Shown here piece by piece: positions 9,964 through 19,052 of a stretch of 64,000 nucleotides of DNA. Every line of letters begins with the position of its first letter. The first letter of the stretch is position 1. Origin of the DNA: Verrucomicrobiota bacterium (GTDB lineage: Bacteria; Verrucomicrobiota; Verrucomicrobiia; Palsa-1439); contig JBAWWR010000001.1 in NCBI GenBank assembly GCA_037146675.1, positions 260 to 64,259 on the forward strand, given 5' to 3'. A program made the translations under genes and the position numbers. The notes beneath the pieces were generated by a model, which saw only the letters and a program-made list of their open reading frames with translations, did no database searches and was not told the origin of the DNA.

Positions 9964-10064
9964 AATCCACTACCGCCAAAATCAACTGACGGGACTATAG
10001 GCAAAGCTTTTGGTGCGGTCAAGAAATTTCCCCGTAGATTGACAGGAGCACCAGTAATGGTAGT

Positions 10065-11141
10065 ATGCGCATCAGTAATATGGGTTGCAAACTTTTCAAT
10101 ACTCGCAGTTCGAAAAATCTAGCTCGGAACGCGGTTCGCCCGCGGTTTGGCTTAGTCTTGGTGTTGACGACGGTGTTTACGGGCGGATGCGGACAGGATG
10201 GAATCAAAACTTATACCGTCCCTAAAGAGGTGCCGGCACGGACTGATTCTCCAGGTCTCGCAGCTCCAGCAGGTGTATCGCCGTTAAAATGGAAGCTCCC
10301 TACCGGATGGCAGGAAGTTCCGTCGAGCAGCATGCGTGTCGCATCTTTCAAGATTACCGGCGCGGACGGCAAGCAAGCCGACGTAAGCGTCATTCCATTG
10401 CCGGGCGGAGCTGGTGGTGATTTAAGTAATGTGAACCGGTGGCGTGGTCAGGTCGGTTTGGCGCCGGTAGCCGAGGAAGAATTGCCAAAACTGACCGACA
10501 CTGTTGAAGTGGATGGTCAACCGGCGGCGCTTTATGAACTAACCGGTGACGCTGTTCGGATTCTGGCCGCCATCCAGCGTCGCGATGGAATGATGTGGTT
10601 TTTTAAAATAACCGGCGATAGTCAGCTCGTGGCGCAGGTAAGGCCGGCGTTTGTAGAGTTTCTCAAGTCAGTCCAATTTGTAACTAGCACCGCAATGCCA
10701 GCAGTAACTTCCGAAGTTGTGACGAGTAATGCTAAACCGAACTGGACCGTGCCGGCAGGTTGGCAGGAGATTTCTGGTGGGCAGTTTCTTGTGGCAAAAT
10801 TTGTGGTTACCGGCGACGGTGGTGCGCAAGCGGCGGTGAATATCAGCTCCTCAGCCGGTGACGGCGGTGGCTTGGCTGCTAATGTGAACCGGTGGCGAAA
10901 ACAGCTTGGGTTAAGCGAGCTCACCGGTGAAGAATTAGCGAAATCTGTGCAATCGATCGGTCCAATTACGCTCGTTGAAATGGCCGGTCAAGATGTGCGC
11001 ACCAGTCAGCCGACAGCGCTTATCGGCGTAATGGTGTCACAGGCCGGGCAGGTTTGGTTTTACAAGTTGATGGGCGACGCGACGGTTGTCGCGGCGCAGA
11101 AGGCGGCGTTCGTTCAGTTCGTACAAGGAGTGAAGTATTAA
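10065..11141 (+). CDS. lipoprotein with two tandem homologous domains, unknown family
   Basis: 358 aa. Signal peptide with lipobox (LVLVLTTVFTGGC). Two about 140-aa repeats share W-x-[LV]-P-x-GWQE, NVNRWR and WF[FY]K motifs. Stop lies 2 nt before the ccsB start. Confidence 0.6.
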   Translation: MRISNMGCKLFNTRSSKNLARNAVRPRFGLVLVLTTVFTGGCGQDGIKTYTVPKEVPARTDSPGLAAPAGVSPLKWKLPTGWQEVPSSSMRVASFKITGADGKQADVSVIPLPGGAGGDLSNVNRWRGQVGLAPVAEEELPKLTDTVEVDGQPAALYELTGDAVRILAAIQRRDGMMWFFKITGDSQLVAQVRPAFVEFLKSVQFVTSTAMPAVTSEVVTSNAKPNWTVPAGWQEISGGQFLVAKFVVTGDGGAQAAVNISSSAGDGGGLAANVNRWRKQLGLSELTGEELAKSVQSIGPITLVEMAGQDVRTSQPTALIGVMVSQAGQVWFYKLMGDATVVAAQKAAFVQFVQGVKY

Positions 11142-11142
11142 G

Positions 11143-12288
11143 ATGCTCGAACGACTTGCTGGTTTTTTCACCTCCCTGCGGTTGACCGTTGTATTGTTAG
11201 CGCTCGGCTTGGTGTTGGTGTTTTGGGGAACAATAGCGCAAGTGCATCTCGGGTTGTACCAGGCGCAGAATGAATTTTTCCGGAGTTTTTTCATTTACTG
11301 GTCACCGGCCGCATCAGGATTGCGGATCCCCGTTTTTCCAGGCGGTTATTTAATCGGTGGGTTGCTGCTGGCTAATTTAGTAGTCTACAACCTTCGCTTT
11401 GATCGATCCGTCAAGCGCCAACCTGGTCTTGTGGTGATTCACATTGGCGTTGGATTGTTGCTCATCGGCCAATTATTAACAGATGTTTTCTCAGCCGAAA
11501 GCATGATGCACATGCGTAATGGTGAGACCAAGAATTACTCAGAGGCATCGAGTCATTTCGAATTGGCTGTGGTGGATAAAACAGAAGTGGCAACGGATCA
11601 AGTCGTGGCAATTCCTGAGGCGTTGCTTCAACGAAAAGCAGTGATTCGCCATCCGAATCTGCCATTCAATATTCAGGTGCGCACATTTTACAGCAACTCA
11701 GCGCTAGTAGAAAAACCGCAAGAAGGTTTTACACAGCTCAACACCTCCGGTGGTTTTGGTGCCGGCGCTTGGTGGCGTGAATTGCCGCACGAAGCTGAAA
11801 CGGATCGACGTGATATGCCGTCCGCCATTGTGGAGCTACGCACTCCGCAGGGTTCGCTGGGAACTTATCTAGTGTCCGCCTACCTTGATCAACCGCAGGT
11901 GGTAAGTCTCAACGGTCGCCAGTACGAGTTGACGTTGCGCCCTGAACGCTTCTACAAACCGTTTAATCTACATCTGGTCGAGTTCCGCCACGATAAGTAT
12001 CCCGGCACAGATATCCCTAAGAACTTTTCCAGCCGCGTTCGTGTGCAGCGACCGGATACCGGCGAAGATCGCGAAGTGTTGATCTATATGAATAATCCAC
12101 TGCGCTACAATGGCGACACTTATTACCAAGCGAGTTTCGATACGGACAATCAAGGCACAGTGTTGCAAGTTGTCCATAATCCCAGCTGGCTCACGCCATA
12201 TTTCTCGTGCGTCCTAGTAGGCTTGGGATTGGTCTGGCAATTCCTACGCCATCTCATCGGATTCGCCGCAAAACGCAAAGCAACATGA
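11143..12288 (+). CDS. ccsB: cytochrome c biogenesis protein CcsB/ResB-like (short form)
   Basis: 381 aa. ResB-like N-terminal TM helix, a periplasmic domain and C-terminal TM helices. The stop overlaps the ccsA ATG (ATGA). Confidence 0.65.
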   Translation: MLERLAGFFTSLRLTVVLLALGLVLVFWGTIAQVHLGLYQAQNEFFRSFFIYWSPAASGLRIPVFPGGYLIGGLLLANLVVYNLRFDRSVKRQPGLVVIHIGVGLLLIGQLLTDVFSAESMMHMRNGETKNYSEASSHFELAVVDKTEVATDQVVAIPEALLQRKAVIRHPNLPFNIQVRTFYSNSALVEKPQEGFTQLNTSGGFGAGAWWRELPHEAETDRRDMPSAIVELRTPQGSLGTYLVSAYLDQPQVVSLNGRQYELTLRPERFYKPFNLHLVEFRHDKYPGTDIPKNFSSRVRVQRPDTGEDREVLIYMNNPLRYNGDTYYQASFDTDNQGTVLQVVHNPSWLTPYFSCVLVGLGLVWQFLRHLIGFAAKRKAT

Positions 12289-14219
12289 AATTTCTACTCA
12301 AGAGTCTGCCGTGGTTGTTTCTGGGGCTATTCGCCGCAGAGATTGGCGTTGTCATGTTGCCGAAGCCAGATGCTGAATTCCACACCGCAGAATTCGGTCG
12401 GCTGCCGGTCTTGCTTAATGGACGAATTCAACCATTTGATTCTGTTGCACGGAATTCACTGCTGCAAATCCGTAGTACCGGTGATGTGCCACTAGAAGAA
12501 GTACCGGCTTGGCAGTTTTGGCACCACCCACAGAAACTGAAATCGACTGCGTGGTTGCTCGAGGTGTTTTTCCTATCAGATGTAGCCGATACGCGGCCGA
12601 TTTTTCTGATTCACCACCCGGACATTATTAGCGAGTTGAAGCTCGGCGAGAAGGGTGTCGAAAAATCCGGTTTGCGCTACTACACGTTTGCCGAACTCGG
12701 ACCGGTCTTGAAGGAGATTTCTGATCAGGCTAACCAAGCGGGAAATATCGATGACGCGCAGCGCACGACATACCAGAAGCAAATACTTAAACTTGCCAAT
12801 GCGCTTGGCTTGTATCAGCAACTCAAAAACAGCATTCAGCCCGAAGGCACTGAGGACTTTGTTAAATTACTGGCGGCTTACCAAGCGGCAGCGCGCGCGC
12901 AGCAAGCGGGGCAAAAAACTGACGCTGAGGCGCTCCGTAAGCTAGCGGCTATCACTCAACAGTTTGAGAATGTCTCAAAAGACGCTTTGCCGCTTGTTAT
13001 TCCGCCCGCTAATCCTGCGGATAAAGATGCCTGGGTCAATGTCGGTACGAGCCTGCTCCGCGCTAATCATGCTGGCGCAGCTCTTCATCCTGCCACCGCA
13101 TTTTTTGCCCGAATGGCGACCACCTTTGGGCGCGATGACGCTGCGGGGTTCAACAGCGCTCTAGCTGATTATCGAAATTGGCTGACACCAAATTTCGCGC
13201 ATGAACTGGCAAAAGGCAGGGCGGAGTTTTATTTCAACCAGATCAAAATCTTTCTGCACGCGACCATTATTTATATTTTTGCCTTTGTACTGGCGGGTGC
13301 TGCCTTGTTGCTCTTTGCTCCGGCACCACGGCTTTCAGAGTCGTTGCGCCGCTCAGCTTATTACCTCATCGGGTTGGCGTTTATCGTGCACACCTTCGGT
13401 CTTATCTTCCGGATGGTGCTAGAAGGTCGCCCGCCGGTCACAAATCTTTATTCGTCCGCCATCTTTATTGGCTGGGGGGCGTGTGGGTTGGGCTGGGTGC
13501 TGGAACGAATTTATAAAATTGGTCTCGGTAGCGCCGTGGCCGGGCTGGCTGGCTTCGTTACACTGCTCATCGCGCACAACCTTGCGCTTGGCGGCGATAC
13601 AATGGAAATGCTCCGCGCCGTCCTCGATACAAACTTCTGGCTGGCTACACATGTAGTGACTGTAACGCTGGGGTATTCCTCAACATTTGTAGCTGGCACA
13701 CTGGCGATGGCGTACGTCGTGCTCGGTGTTTTTACGCCGTTGCTTCTGACAAAAGTTGGCGCAGACAAGGATGCCACACTTAGTTCGGCCTTGGCCAAGA
13801 TGGTCTATGCCATTGTTTGTTTTGCCACATTGTTCAGCTTTATTGGCACCGTGCTTGGCGGCATCTGGGCTGACCAATCGTGGGGGCGTTTCTGGGGGTG
13901 GGACCCGAAAGAAAATGGTGCCTTATTAATCGTTATCTGGAATTCACTTATCCTCCACGCCCGGTGGGGGCGACTGGTAGGCGCGCGCGGTCTGATGAAC
14001 CTTGCGCTCTTTGGTAGCATCGTTACCGCATTCTCCTGGTTCGGCGTAAATATGCTTGGAATCGGCTTGCATAGCTACGGGTTCATGGATGCCGCCTTCA
14101 AATGGCTGATGCTCTTTAATATCAGCCAAGCACTCTTTATTCTACTCGGCCTACTGCCATTGCGCCTGTGGAAAAGCTTGAAGAAGTTAACGCCGGACCA
14201 ACACGCGAACCTGAACTAA
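12285..14219 (+). CDS. ccsA: cytochrome c-type biogenesis protein CcsA with a long N-terminal periplasmic extension
   Basis: C-terminal WWD domain (WGRFWGWDPKENGAL) and a conserved His-containing TM core. An N-terminal extension of about 330 aa follows a TM anchor. Start is taken as the ATG giving MKFLLKSLPWLF, overlapping the ccsB stop. Confidence 0.8.
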   Translation: MKFLLKSLPWLFLGLFAAEIGVVMLPKPDAEFHTAEFGRLPVLLNGRIQPFDSVARNSLLQIRSTGDVPLEEVPAWQFWHHPQKLKSTAWLLEVFFLSDVADTRPIFLIHHPDIISELKLGEKGVEKSGLRYYTFAELGPVLKEISDQANQAGNIDDAQRTTYQKQILKLANALGLYQQLKNSIQPEGTEDFVKLLAAYQAAARAQQAGQKTDAEALRKLAAITQQFENVSKDALPLVIPPANPADKDAWVNVGTSLLRANHAGAALHPATAFFARMATTFGRDDAAGFNSALADYRNWLTPNFAHELAKGRAEFYFNQIKIFLHATIIYIFAFVLAGAALLLFAPAPRLSESLRRSAYYLIGLAFIVHTFGLIFRMVLEGRPPVTNLYSSAIFIGWGACGLGWVLERIYKIGLGSAVAGLAGFVTLLIAHNLALGGDTMEMLRAVLDTNFWLATHVVTVTLGYSSTFVAGTLAMAYVVLGVFTPLLLTKVGADKDATLSSALAKMVYAIVCFATLFSFIGTVLGGIWADQSWGRFWGWDPKENGALLIVIWNSLILHARWGRLVGARGLMNLALFGSIVTAFSWFGVNMLGIGLHSYGFMDAAFKWLMLFNISQALFILLGLLPLRLWKSLKKLTPDQHANLN

Positions 14220-14297
14220 CGCATTCGAATAGCAATCCGTTGACACGCGTGTGAAACCATTGCAAGCCAGTCGGCATCGTGTTATGAAAACTAACAC

Positions 14298-15728
14298 ATG
14301 CAAGGTGGCCATTATAAACCTTCATGGCAGCGTGATACTGAAGTTTTCGTTGTCAGCGCGCTGATTCTTTATCTTCAACTGGTACTGATTCGCTGGATCG
14401 GCACTGAAATTCGTATCTTTGCGTATCTGGGTAATCTTATTTTGGTCGCGTGCTTTTTCGGTACTGGGCTAGGTTGTTATCGCTCAGCACTGCCGGTATC
14501 GTTGACACGACTCGGGATCTACCTCTTACTGTTGACTGGTCTTGTGGCTAATCCACTGCATCTTGAATCTCTGAATTTAAGAAATCTGATTGATTGGCTG
14601 GCTGGGTTCGAAGATTCGCCAATGTGGGGTATGTTTATTGCGCCGCAACAAAGTCGAGTTGTTGTGGCGCTGGGTGTCGTGGGCGGGCTGTTGTATCTCA
14701 TAATCTTTATGTTCGTTCCCATAGGGCAGGTCCTTGGACGTGCCCTTAGTGAGCATCCTCATACAATTCAGGCATATTCTGTCAACATTATCGGTAGTCT
14801 GTCAGGAATCTGGCTATTTGCGGTCATGAGTTGGTGCCGGGCGACTCCGGTGGAATGGTTTGGGTTACTGGCAATTCTCGCAATTGTGTTGGCGTATGTG
14901 ACGGGCCATCGGAACTGGTGGTTCGTGGTTGCGTTAGGAATTATAGTTTGTTTTGTCTGGATCGGACAATCCAGCGGAGTACGCACCATCTGGTCGCCAT
15001 ATCAAAAGCTTGAAGTGCGACACCCTGTTTTAGCGGATTCACTCAAACAGGAGGCGCTTGATGGTGCGATTTACACCATCGCCGCCAACGGCACTGGCTA
15101 TCAACTGATATTGAATCTGGCCGATGATTTTCTGCGCACTCATCCCCGCCTTTACAACTTGGATCAAGCCCGGCTCAGTCATTACAATCTGGCCTTTCAA
15201 TTCAAACCCAGGATCCACCGCCTGCTCATTTTGGGCGCGGGCGCGGGAAACAATGCCGCAGCAGCCTTGCGCCACGGCGTGGAAGAGATTGATTGTGTTG
15301 AAGTCGACTCGGAGATTTACGCGCTGGGTAAAGAACTGCATCCTGAACGACCCTACAACTCACCGCGCGTTCACATGCATGTTACCGATGCGCGAGCGTT
15401 TTTGAAATCGGCAACCGGCTCTTACGACATGATTTGGTTCGCCTTACTCGATGCGCAGCCTGGCTCGTCTTATAGCAACCGGCAGCTTGATCATTATATG
15501 TACACGTTACAATCGTTAAAGGAGGCGCAACGGTTGCTAACACAGGATGGTATTTTGCTGGTAAATCTTGCGTCCCGGCGCAAATGGATTAGCGAGCGGC
15601 TTTACGGGATATTGCAGCAGGTCTTTGACCGGCCCCCAATGAGCTTTCTCCTGGAATTCAACGGCGCGTCGGAATACGGCCCGCCCGGTGAACTCACCCT
15701 GGTGACCGGCAACGGCGCGCCAACCTAG
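14298..15728 (+). CDS. membrane-anchored polyamine aminopropyltransferase (spermidine synthase)-like protein, N-terminal part ending at an in-frame TAG
   Basis: 476 aa. N-terminal multi-TM region plus PABS/SAM-MTase domain (LILGAGAGNNAAAALRHGVEEIDCVEVD, DMIWFALLDAQ). Terminates at TAG 15726-15728, but the frame continues. Confidence 0.75.
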   Translation: MQGGHYKPSWQRDTEVFVVSALILYLQLVLIRWIGTEIRIFAYLGNLILVACFFGTGLGCYRSALPVSLTRLGIYLLLLTGLVANPLHLESLNLRNLIDWLAGFEDSPMWGMFIAPQQSRVVVALGVVGGLLYLIIFMFVPIGQVLGRALSEHPHTIQAYSVNIIGSLSGIWLFAVMSWCRATPVEWFGLLAILAIVLAYVTGHRNWWFVVALGIIVCFVWIGQSSGVRTIWSPYQKLEVRHPVLADSLKQEALDGAIYTIAANGTGYQLILNLADDFLRTHPRLYNLDQARLSHYNLAFQFKPRIHRLLILGAGAGNNAAAALRHGVEEIDCVEVDSEIYALGKELHPERPYNSPRVHMHVTDARAFLKSATGSYDMIWFALLDAQPGSSYSNRQLDHYMYTLQSLKEAQRLLTQDGILLVNLASRRKWISERLYGILQQVFDRPPMSFLLEFNGASEYGPPGELTLVTGNGAPT

Positions 15729-15878
15729 CAAAATCTGCCGACTAACATCGAAGGCGACTATCTTCGGTCATGCCGCTGGCTAGCGCCGTCCCCGGCCACG
15801 ACCCGACTTACGACCGATGACTGGCCGTACCTATATCTTGAGCACGCCAAAATTCCGCGCCTACACTGGCTCGCCGCA

Positions 15879-16463
15879 TTGTCCCTGTTCGGTACAGTCC
15901 TGTTGCTGCGCAACAGGACGTTTGGCGGCCGTGCTAAGTTGAATTGGTATTACTTCTTTTTGGGCGCCGCATTTCTTCTGCTTGAAGTTCAAACAGTTAG
16001 CCGCGCCACACTCCTGTTCGGGATGACATGGATGGTGAATGTAATCGTGATTTCAGCTGTGCTGGGAATGATTCTATTGGCCAATCTCGTCGCCGCGTGT
16101 TGGCCAAAGTGGCCGGTCTGGATTGTTTATGCCGAACTGCTAGCCACAATTGCCGCGTTGGTACTTGTGCCGCTTGATTCCTTCAACTTGCTTACCGGTA
16201 CAATGAAGTTGGTGGCGGCAAGCACATTCCTAACAGCGCCGGCTTTCTTTGCTGGGTTAATTTTCATTCAATCCTTTGCCGTCTGTACCACCAAGTCGCA
16301 GGCGTTGGGTTCCAATCTCATCGGCGCGCTGGTAGGTGGCTTACTCCAATCGCTCTCATTCGTGACCGGGATCCGCTCGCTCATCGTTCTCGATGGAATT
16401 TTTTATCTCATGGTTTTCTGGCTGCGACCGCGCGCTGGTCGCCGATGCAACGTTGCGGCGTAA
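15879..16463 (+). CDS. C-terminal TM portion of the same aminopropyltransferase-like protein (same frame, open from 15729)
   Basis: Same reading frame as 14298..15728. The interval 15729-15878 is open and encodes TTDDWPYLYLEHAKIPRLHWLAALSLF, a motif expected to be contiguous with the PABS domain. This makes the pair a single gene interrupted by one TAG. Confidence 0.5.
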   Translation: MSLFGTVLLLRNRTFGGRAKLNWYYFFLGAAFLLLEVQTVSRATLLFGMTWMVNVIVISAVLGMILLANLVAACWPKWPVWIVYAELLATIAALVLVPLDSFNLLTGTMKLVAASTFLTAPAFFAGLIFIQSFAVCTTKSQALGSNLIGALVGGLLQSLSFVTGIRSLIVLDGIFYLMVFWLRPRAGRRCNVAA

Positions 16464-16663
16464 ATAAAACGCACATTTCAATCCATCTCACGATACAGGC
16501 TTCGGTAATTTGACTACGCGGAACGGCGGCGCCCCCGCCTCATCATGGCAAATTCTGATCTCAGTTGGATGGAAGCCTATGCCTTAGGTGCTTTGACGTG
16601 CTAGGCCTGACAAAGCTTAATATGGACTCGAGACTTAGGCCCGGTGTTTTTTAGCCTGTCAGC

Positions 16664-17248
16664 TTACGGAAGAAATTCTTTGGGATAAGTCCAAGTGGTG
16701 GGGAACTTTCCAGCCTTCTTGGCTTTGAGATAAACGGCGGCCCGGGCTGAGATCGCTTTGGTTTCCGCGGTTTGGATGTGGGTGGCGCACTGCTCACGCG
16801 CGGCATCCTTCAATACCTTCAGCGTTTCATTGATCTTTGCCAGTTGGAGAGTAATGGCTAGCTTGTTGGCTTGTTCCACTTCGGCTGAGATGGTTACGAG
16901 CGGAGCGGGAGTTGGGATTGCGACAGGGAGAATGACCGGAGCGATGACAGCTTTGCGTGTTTTTCTGATTTTCGCAATGGCTGTCTTGGCGCGTGCCTTG
17001 GGCTTGGAGCGAAAGGTGCTGTTTGCTTTCAGCACGCTAGATTTAGTTGCGAGGACGCGGGCTTTATTCTTTGGGTTTCGGCTGAACGGTTTGACGTTGC
17101 GTTTGGTTGACACCTGTCGATCATATGCGAATCGTGGCTGCTTGTCAAAAGCCGACATTAGCGCACGGCTGTACGATGCGTGACAAAAGTGGCAGATGCG
17201 CTGTTTTGTGGTAGCTTGCTGCTTCATGAATTCGTTGTGGCTAATCAT
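16664..17248 (-). CDS. hypothetical Lys/Arg-rich protein
   Basis: 194-aa ORF in a locally lower-GC region. The N-terminus overlaps the cstA 5' end. A likely shorter start would be MSAFDKQ at about 17158. Confidence 0.3.
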   Translation of the reverse strand: MISHNEFMKQQATTKQRICHFCHASYSRALMSAFDKQPRFAYDRQVSTKRNVKPFSRNPKNKARVLATKSSVLKANSTFRSKPKARAKTAIAKIRKTRKAVIAPVILPVAIPTPAPLVTISAEVEQANKLAITLQLAKINETLKVLKDAAREQCATHIQTAETKAISARAAVYLKAKKAGKFPTTWTYPKEFLP

Positions 17249-19052
17249 CGGTGCATTAGCGGCGTTTGCGGTGGCTTACCGGCTCTATGGCGCGTTCCTC
17301 GCAGCTAAGGTCTGTGTTCTCGACGACTCGAAGGTGACACCAGCGCACCGCCTTGAGGACGGGGTTGATTATCATCCGACGAGCAAGCTGGTGCTGTTCG
17401 GCCATCATTTTGCGGCGATTGCAGGGCCGGGGCCGTTGGTTGGGCCGGTTTTGGCAGCGCAATGGGGTTATGCGCCAGGCTTTATCTGGATTGTCATTGG
17501 CGCGTGCTTAGCGGGTGCGGTGCATGATTTTGTGATTCTCTGGGCATCGGTCCGGCAAGATGGGTTGTCGCTGCCGAAGATTGCGCGGGAAAACATCGGG
17601 CCGGTTGCTGGCTTGACGAGTTCGGTGGCAACGCTATTCATCATCATTTGCACGTTAGCGAGTATCGGCTTGGTGGTGGTAAACGCATTGGCGGACAGTT
17701 CGTGGGGGATGTTCACGATTTTGGTGACGATCCCGGCGGCGTTGCTCACCGGGTTGTGGATGTACAAGATTCGGCCCGGCAAGGTCGCGGAGGCGTCGGC
17801 CATCGGTGTGACGATTGTGATGGCGGGTGTGATTTTCGGACGGACATTTGCGAATTCCAGCATGGGACATGCGTTGTTATTCGATAAGACGACGTTGTCA
17901 CTAATGTTGCCGGTGTATGCGTTTGTGGCGGCGTGCTTGCCGGTATGGGTGTTGATGTGTCCGCGCGATTATCTCAGCTCGTACATGAAAATCGGCGTGA
18001 TGGTGGTGCTTGGCGCCGGTCTTTTCGTCGCGCACCCGACGTTAAAGATGCCGGCTCTGACGCCGTTTATTCACGGTGGTGGGCCTGTCATTTCGGGAAC
18101 GGTCTGGCCGTTTGTGTGCATCGTGATTATGTGTGGGGCGATTTCCGGATTCCATGCGCTAGTCGGTTCCGGCACGACGCCGAAGATGATTTACCGGGAA
18201 TCCGACATCCGTGTGATTGGTTACGGCGCAATGCTGGTGGAAGGTTTCGTGGCGGTGCTGGCGTTAGTGGCGGCGTGCGCGTTGGAGCCCGGCGATTATT
18301 TCGCAATCAATACCGCGCCGGAGACTCACGCGTCGATGGTGCAAACGGTCGCGGCACAGCACGGTTGGGATTTGGCGGTGCGCGAGTTGCCGGCGCTGGA
18401 GCAGGGGACGCAGGAGCATCTGGCTGGGCGGGTCGGTGGCGCGGTGACGTTGGCGGTCGGGATGGCGAAGGTGTTTTGCAGCTTACCGGGGCTGAAGCAG
18501 TTGATGAGTTATTGGTACCATTTCATTATCATGTTCGAGGCGTTGTTCATTCTGACATTGCTAGAAACCGGTACGCGGGTGGCGCGGTTTGTGTTTCAGG
18601 AGGCGGCGGCGACGTTCACGCCGAGAGCGGTAATTGGTGGCAAGCCGCATTGGGGCGTGAACATCGCGATGAGTGCGCTGGTCTGCACGGCGTGGGGATA
18701 TATGCTTTTTTCCGGCAATCTGAACACGCTTTGGCGGATGCTTGGTATCGTCAATCAATTACTCGCGTGCATCGCATTGGCGGTCGGAACGACGTGCTTG
18801 CTCCGGTACGCGCCGAAACGCCGGTATGCATTGTGTACCGGTATCCCGTTTGTGTTTTTGCTGGTAACGGTGCTCGTGGCTGGTGTAGAAAGCGTTCACC
18901 AGTGGTGGGGGCAAATTGATACTGCGCCGGCCGGTCAGGTGTTGATGTTGCGGATGACGTGCGTTTTGGCGACGGCGATGCAGGCCTTAACGGTGGTGAT
19001 CGCTCTCGACTCGTTTCGGGCTTGGTACCGGCTCACTAGCCGGCGACACTGA
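17226..19052 (+). CDS. cstA: carbon starvation protein A (CstA family peptide/pyruvate transporter)
   Basis: Start is taken at MNSLWLIIGALAAF. Polytopic membrane protein with the CstA N-terminal signature (DYHPTSKLVLFGHHFAAIAGPGPLVGPVLAAQWGY). Confidence 0.9.
   Translation: MNSLWLIIGALAAFAVAYRLYGAFLAAKVCVLDDSKVTPAHRLEDGVDYHPTSKLVLFGHHFAAIAGPGPLVGPVLAAQWGYAPGFIWIVIGACLAGAVHDFVILWASVRQDGLSLPKIARENIGPVAGLTSSVATLFIIICTLASIGLVVVNALADSSWGMFTILVTIPAALLTGLWMYKIRPGKVAEASAIGVTIVMAGVIFGRTFANSSMGHALLFDKTTLSLMLPVYAFVAACLPVWVLMCPRDYLSSYMKIGVMVVLGAGLFVAHPTLKMPALTPFIHGGGPVISGTVWPFVCIVIMCGAISGFHALVGSGTTPKMIYRESDIRVIGYGAMLVEGFVAVLALVAACALEPGDYFAINTAPETHASMVQTVAAQHGWDLAVRELPALEQGTQEHLAGRVGGAVTLAVGMAKVFCSLPGLKQLMSYWYHFIIMFEALFILTLLETGTRVARFVFQEAAATFTPRAVIGGKPHWGVNIAMSALVCTAWGYMLFSGNLNTLWRMLGIVNQLLACIALAVGTTCLLRYAPKRRYALCTGIPFVFLLVTVLVAGVESVHQWWGQIDTAPAGQVLMLRMTCVLATAMQALTVVIALDSFRAWYRLTSRRH

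Noticed and set aside
10041-10070. Sigma70-like TTGACA-N17-TAGTAT upstream of the lipoprotein gene.
   Set aside because: The putative -10 would overlap the annotated ATG at 10065. This is a weak match and is not reported as a feature.
16464-16663. Small RNA or bidirectional terminator in the 200-nt convergent intergenic region (GC hairpin GGCGG-cgccc-CCGCC and a gtgtttttt tract).
   Set aside because: The hairpin is not followed by a T-tract, and the T-tract is not preceded by a convincing stem. There is no recognisable ncRNA signature.
17933-18919. 328-aa plus-strand ORF rich in G/R/A inside cstA.
   Set aside because: It lies wholly within, and out of frame with, the well-supported cstA CDS. 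Its composition is that of an alternative-frame artefact.
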